DNA of 64,000 nt from Candidatus Bathyarchaeia archaeon (GTDB lineage Archaea; Thermoproteota; Bathyarchaeia; Bathyarchaeales; Bathycorpusculaceae). Below the pieces are notes generated by a model that saw only the letters and a list, made by a program, of their open reading frames with translations, did no database searches and was not told the DNA's origin. Numbering within the stretch: position 1 is the first letter of the stretch; every line of letters starts with the position of its first letter. Position numbers and translations under genes: made by a program. Below are positions 59,699 to 64,000 of the stretch, piece by piece. The DNA lies in assembly GCA_050012255.1 (NCBI GenBank), contig JBEKHN010000008.1, positions 32,585 through 96,584 of the forward strand, in the 5' to 3' direction.

Positions 59699-60763
59699 GT
59701 GTATCTAGAAATGTTTCCCAAAAGTATGAAGATGAAAAACCGCAATTGGATATTCATAGCAATACTACTGATTTCAGCAATGATTTCAGCCATGCTCTAT
59801 GCAGCCACAAATATCCACACAGCCTCAGCCGTCGCAACCACGGCAATAGCCTTCGTCGATCCCCCGAGCATTGTCTTCAATGCCCCCACCGTTGGAACAA
59901 CGTTCCAGGTAAACGTGACCGTCGCCAACATTACAGGCCTCGCCGGAGCCCAATTCACCCTATCTTGGAATGCAAGCTTTCTAAGCTGCATCGCCATACA
60001 AGATAACCTGTTTAGCACAGTGACACCAAGCAGTCATTCGGACAACATATGGGCGCTTACCCTGAGTAAAAACAACACCGCCGGCACAGCAGACTATGCA
60101 TATACGTGGCGTGACCTTACAGCAGCGCAGACCGACGGCTATGCGCCAGCCAACATTACAACGACAACCTTCCCACCGGATGGAAAACTCGCGATGGCCG
60201 TCGTAACATTCAACATCTCGAATGTCCCGGCTGTGAAGACGTTCTCTGAGTTCAACCTCACACTGCAGCCCGTGAAACTAGGCGACGTGGATGGATTACC
60301 CATCGCTAAGACCGTCACAAACGGACACTACAAGATCTACGGCCCACCAGAGATCACAAACACCCCCATCGTGAACAACGGCACAACCTATGTAGTAACG
60401 ACTGCGACCAACGCTTCAGTAGTGCCTGATTCCGTGACGTTTAATGCTACAGCCTATTCAATCAGCTTCAACCTTACGGGCACTGACGGAACAACAGGAT
60501 ACGTCAACGTCACTGTTCCAAAGGACCTAGTTCGCCTCAACCAAACCAGCGATCAATGGATAGTAACCGTTAACGGCACGCCAGTAACACCCATAATAAG
60601 CGAGAACGCAACACACACATTCTTCTACATCACAACCCCTCTCAGCACAGAACCAGTTTCGATAATAGGCACGGTTCCCGAGTTCCCAGCGCTAATGGTG
60701 ATTCCACTGCTCGCTATCCCAACAATGGTCGCTATTGGGCTTCGAAGACGAAGACGAACGTAA
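59699..60763 (+). CDS. Cohesin protein with PEF-CTERM-type sorting signal
   Basis: FQVNVTVANITGLAGAQFTLSWNASFL cohesin; tail VPEFP-TM-RRRRRT. Start may be ATG 59711 or 59726. Confidence 0.85.
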   Translation: MYLEMFPKSMKMKNRNWIFIAILLISAMISAMLYAATNIHTASAVATTAIAFVDPPSIVFNAPTVGTTFQVNVTVANITGLAGAQFTLSWNASFLSCIAIQDNLFSTVTPSSHSDNIWALTLSKNNTAGTADYAYTWRDLTAAQTDGYAPANITTTTFPPDGKLAMAVVTFNISNVPAVKTFSEFNLTLQPVKLGDVDGLPIAKTVTNGHYKIYGPPEITNTPIVNNGTTYVVTTATNASVVPDSVTFNATAYSISFNLTGTDGTTGYVNVTVPKDLVRLNQTSDQWIVTVNGTPVTPIISENATHTFFYITTPLSTEPVSIIGTVPEFPALMVIPLLAIPTMVAIGLRRRRRT

Positions 60764-60905
60764 ACTCTGCCGCACGCGAAAGCGACACCATCCTTTTTCT
60801 TTGTTCATGACGAGAAGTCAAAATAGAATCCGATGCTTTTCAACCTTCCAAAACAACAAGTTAAAATATAAAAGGTCCTACTATACAAAGCCAAGGTGGA
60901 CAAAA

Positions 60906-61637
60906 GTGAAGAAGAAAAGCCTGTTCTTGGTCCTCATAGTCGTCATAGTTGTCCTAGCATACCTGTACACGCGCGCACCGGAACCAGTGTTGAGCATCGA
61001 CAAGGTTTACGATGTGACGCAAGTCGGGCAGACAGTTCAAGTTAACGTGAGCCTGGTAGATGTTCCGACTTGCAGTGGATGGGTGATGAACCTGTTATGG
61101 GATCCCTACTACGTCAGACTCACGCCGCGCGCACCGCCCAGTCCAGGAGCTCTGCCCTACGAGGTGATCGAAGGCCCATTCATGAAGGATGCAGGGACGA
61201 CGATAGGCTTGGTTTTCAACTGGGTGGATGATGCCAACGGGCAAATGATCTTCGGCGATATGTTTGTGGGATCATCTAGCTATGCAAATGGAACAGGAAT
61301 CGTAGCAACGATTAACTTCACCGTGGTTCATGTAGGAACCACAACGTTGATCACGGCTTCAGTCAGTCCCGTCATCAATCAGAGCGAAATCGATGATGCT
61401 CAACACAAAGTTCTTGGTCACGTTGAAGTCATGGGTTTGATTACAGACAAACCTGCGCCGCCATTCTGGGAAGGCATGGAATTCCAGAACACGCTGATAG
61501 CCGGCGAGGTACTGGTTCTCTTGGCAGCAACCGGCATCGTGTATCAGCGCGCACACCCAAGGCCACCCAAATCTGAGAAAAGAAAAGCAGAGCTTCAGCC
61601 CATTTTCGAGCCTAAAGACCAAGGCGAATCCGGCTAA
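60906..61637 (+). CDS. Cohesin domain flanked by two TM helices
   Basis: GTG start KKKSLFLVLIVV..., VQVNVSLVDV..CSGWVMNLLWDP...EGPFM...GTGIVATINFTV, C-terminal TM. Confidence 0.75.
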   Translation: MKKKSLFLVLIVVIVVLAYLYTRAPEPVLSIDKVYDVTQVGQTVQVNVSLVDVPTCSGWVMNLLWDPYYVRLTPRAPPSPGALPYEVIEGPFMKDAGTTIGLVFNWVDDANGQMIFGDMFVGSSSYANGTGIVATINFTVVHVGTTTLITASVSPVINQSEIDDAQHKVLGHVEVMGLITDKPAPPFWEGMEFQNTLIAGEVLVLLAATGIVYQRAHPRPPKSEKRKAELQPIFEPKDQGESG

Positions 61638-61890
61638 AGGGAACATTGCCATCGTTTTTCCTCTGCTAACCCTTACGCAAAGGACATTCTGCTGCTGAAA
61701 GTCCGAGGCCAAGAGTCAACACGGCAAACCCTCAGAGTCAATCAAACGTCCTGTTTGCGCATTTTTTGTCAGTTTTTTTCCTGTTTCAATATCATTTGCA
61801 AAATAGAGAAGATCATATAGAAGATAGTTCCAAAAGGCTTAAATGGTTTTCAAGCGGTAGTTAATACTACAAGAGGAGAAGGGAGAGACC

Positions 61891-64000
61891 GTGAGGCAGC
61901 GGCTGCTTGCTGCTGGAGCTATAGCTATATTCCTAATTCTAGTTGTTCTAGCGGCAAGCACAAAAGGCCAAATCGCAAGCCCCCAAGGGCCCACGGCCTC
62001 GTTCACATACTCGCCAAGCGCCCCCATGCCTGGAGACATCATAACGTTCGATGCTTCATCAAGCTACGCCTCCAGCGGCACGATTGTAAGCTACACGTGG
62101 GACTTCGGTGACGGAACCGTCATAACCGTAGGAAATCCGACCGTAACCCATTCATACACCATCGACGGAACATACACCGTGCAATTGACTGTTGTTGACA
62201 CCAACAGTGCCCAAGACGCTGCATCAGCCGTCGTCGACGTAAGCACGACGGTCTTCTTCAGAGTAGTTTTCAGCGGAACGCTAATTCCCATATCTGGCGC
62301 AAAAGTAACCGCATACGTCAACTTCGGCCCGGGATGGGTAACAGCTCCTGTCGGACCATCGGGTTTCGAGATCAAATACGACAACATGACTCAGCCGAAT
62401 CTCGCCTCGACTTCGGCACAAAGATTCAGAAACCCCGGCTACACCGCGTCCATTCTCCGCCAAAACGCAAGCAACATTGGTTTTGACATTCACCCCTCAT
62501 GCTGGACCGTTTACTTCAAGTTCCAGTGGGGACCATGGACCGCCTACTGGCCTAACAATACTATCACAGTCTACTCTTACAAGAACGGCGCCGTAGAAAC
62601 ACACAACTATAAGCATGACGACGGAGCATACTGGGACCCAGCAGCATCGTCATACGTCATAAAAGTGGAAGACATTCCCCAGAACGGTGTCAGCCCATCA
62701 GAATATCACCCAATCATCGTGGGCATCCTCTGCCCACCTCCGCCTCAGCAGTACTATCTAACCGTCAACACTAATCCTTCAAGCATTACAACAATTCCTG
62801 GACAAGGCTCGTACAACCAGGGCACGAATGTCACGTTGACAGCTCCAACCAGCGTTACTGTATCGAACAACATTCGCTACAGGTTCAACTACTGGGACGT
62901 TGACGGCACATCGCAGGGTACAGGAGTCAACCTAATAACAGTGGCTATGAACGCCAACCACACGGCGACAGCACACTACATCACACAGTATTCGGTAGTT
63001 TTCAATCAGGCAGGCCTGTCCGCAGACGCAACAGGAACCATCGTAACAGTAAACGGCAACCCCGAGAACTACACGCAACTGCCATTCACCTTATGGGCTG
63101 ATTCAGGTGGTTCCGTCACCTACTCTTACAATTCCACAGTTTCCAGTTCTGCTTCTGGTAAGCAATTCAGACTTTCAAGCGTAACCGGTCCGTCTTCACA
63201 GATCACCGTTTCCGGCCCTTGCCTGACCGTTACAGGCAACTACGTCACGCAATATCAAGTAACGTTTGCTCAAACCGGTCTGGACTCGTCTGCAAACGGA
63301 ACGGTTGTCACGGTCAATGGTAGCGCGAAGGTCTACACGAATCTTCCGTACACGTTATGGGTTGACTGTGGCAGTTCCGTCACCTACTCTTACAATTCCA
63401 CAGTTTCAAGCTCAACTGGCGGCAAGCAGTTTAGGCTTAACACCGTCAGCGGCCATTCTTCGCCGTTCATCGTTTCAGGACCTATGACGGTGACAGGCAA
63501 CTACATAGCCCAATACTCTGTCACCTTTGCACAGACAGGATTAGATTCCACAGCCAGCGGCACCATCGTAACAGTAAATGGAAGTTCACACATACTCTTA
63601 ACGCTGCCTTACACCTTGTGGGTCGACAACGGCACCTCTGTCACCTACGTCTACAATTCCACAGTTTCAAGCTCGAGCGGCTATCAGTTTAGGCTTAACA
63701 CCGTGAGTGGTCCGTCCTCGCCGATCACAGTTTCGGGGTTTGTGACGGTTACTGGCAACTACGTAACACAGTATCAGGTCACTTTTGCTCAGACCGGTCT
63801 AGACTCCACAAGTAATGGAACGGTGACCATAGTTAACGGAAGTTCAAAAGTCCGCACGGACCTTCCGTACAAGTTGTGGGTCGACAACGGCACCTCTGTC
63901 ACCTACGTCTACAATTCCACAGTTTCAAGCTCGAGCGGCTATCAGTTTAGGCTTAACACCGTGAGTGGTCCGTCCTCGCCGATCACAGTTTCGGGGTTTG
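61891..64000 (+). CDS. Large repetitive surface protein (PKD plus tandem ~86-88-aa Ig-like repeats), 3' end outside window
   Basis: Not in ORF track (no stop in window). GTG after GGAGAAGGGAGA, signal peptide, PKD (YTWDFGDG), repeats QYxVTFAQTGL...VTVNG...LPYTLWVD...FRL..V.G..TVTGNY. Confidence 0.88.
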   Translation, partial: MRQRLLAAGAIAIFLILVVLAASTKGQIASPQGPTASFTYSPSAPMPGDIITFDASSSYASSGTIVSYTWDFGDGTVITVGNPTVTHSYTIDGTYTVQLTVVDTNSAQDAASAVVDVSTTVFFRVVFSGTLIPISGAKVTAYVNFGPGWVTAPVGPSGFEIKYDNMTQPNLASTSAQRFRNPGYTASILRQNASNIGFDIHPSCWTVYFKFQWGPWTAYWPNNTITVYSYKNGAVETHNYKHDDGAYWDPAASSYVIKVEDIPQNGVSPSEYHPIIVGILCPPPPQQYYLTVNTNPSSITTIPGQGSYNQGTNVTLTAPTSVTVSNNIRYRFNYWDVDGTSQGTGVNLITVAMNANHTATAHYITQYSVVFNQAGLSADATGTIVTVNGNPENYTQLPFTLWADSGGSVTYSYNSTVSSSASGKQFRLSSVTGPSSQITVSGPCLTVTGNYVTQYQVTFAQTGLDSSANGTVVTVNGSAKVYTNLPYTLWVDCGSSVTYSYNSTVSSSTGGKQFRLNTVSGHSSPFIVSGPMTVTGNYIAQYSVTFAQTGLDSTASGTIVTVNGSSHILLTLPYTLWVDNGTSVTYVYNSTVSSSSGYQFRLNTVSGPSSPITVSGFVTVTGNYVTQYQVTFAQTGLDSTSNGTVTIVNGSSKVRTDLPYKLWVDNGTSVTYVYNSTVSSSSGYQFRLNTVSGPSSPITVSGF
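62986..64000 (+). repeat. Intragenic tandem repeats (~260 bp, at least 4 units)
   Basis: 63616-63742 is identical to 63874-64000 (offset 258 bp). Confidence 0.85.

Noticed and set aside
9475-63487. Numerous antisense or alternate-frame ORFs in the track (e.g. 10025-10705, 31105-31719, 35137-35907, 40900-41565, 56785-57330)
   Set aside because: They are shadows of well-supported genes and carry no motifs.
44328-64000. A true cellulosome for polysaccharide degradation
   Set aside because: No glycoside hydrolase or CBM recognised among dockerin-bearing proteins here, though they could be encoded elsewhere.

Overview
Archaeal genomic DNA, most likely Candidatus Bathyarchaeia. This is inferred from egsA, the psmB-aCPSF1-sepF-PUA-Lsm-rpl37e block, an eL22 homologue and many cohesin/dockerin surface proteins. 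The window has five parts. (1) 1-5.7 kb is the right end of an integrative element: tyrosine integrase, AbrB, divergent wHTH pair, putative tRNA-Gln-derived att site, and AT-rich SIR2 plus HEPN-like defence-type cargo with a C5-methyltransferase scrap. (2) 5.7-13 kb is an envelope locus (PAP2/Aur1 transferase, wHTH plus membrane protein, MacB-type ABC, HtrA) whose three promoters share an ungapped ~45-bp motif. (3) 13-39 kb is mostly housekeeping genes. (4) 39-64 kb holds an Opp/Dpp ABC operon whose substrate-binding protein ends in a dockerin, followed by a cellulosome-like set of cohesin scaffolds, an adaptor (3 cohesins plus dockerin) and membrane or PEF-CTERM-anchored cohesins. No CAZyme is recognisable, so this looks like a cohesin-dockerin peptide-capture surface system. 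(5) A ~2.8-kb virus-like cassette of small ORFans interrupts that cluster. All calls come from motif recognition by eye; no searches were run. No rRNA, complete tRNA or CRISPR array was seen.
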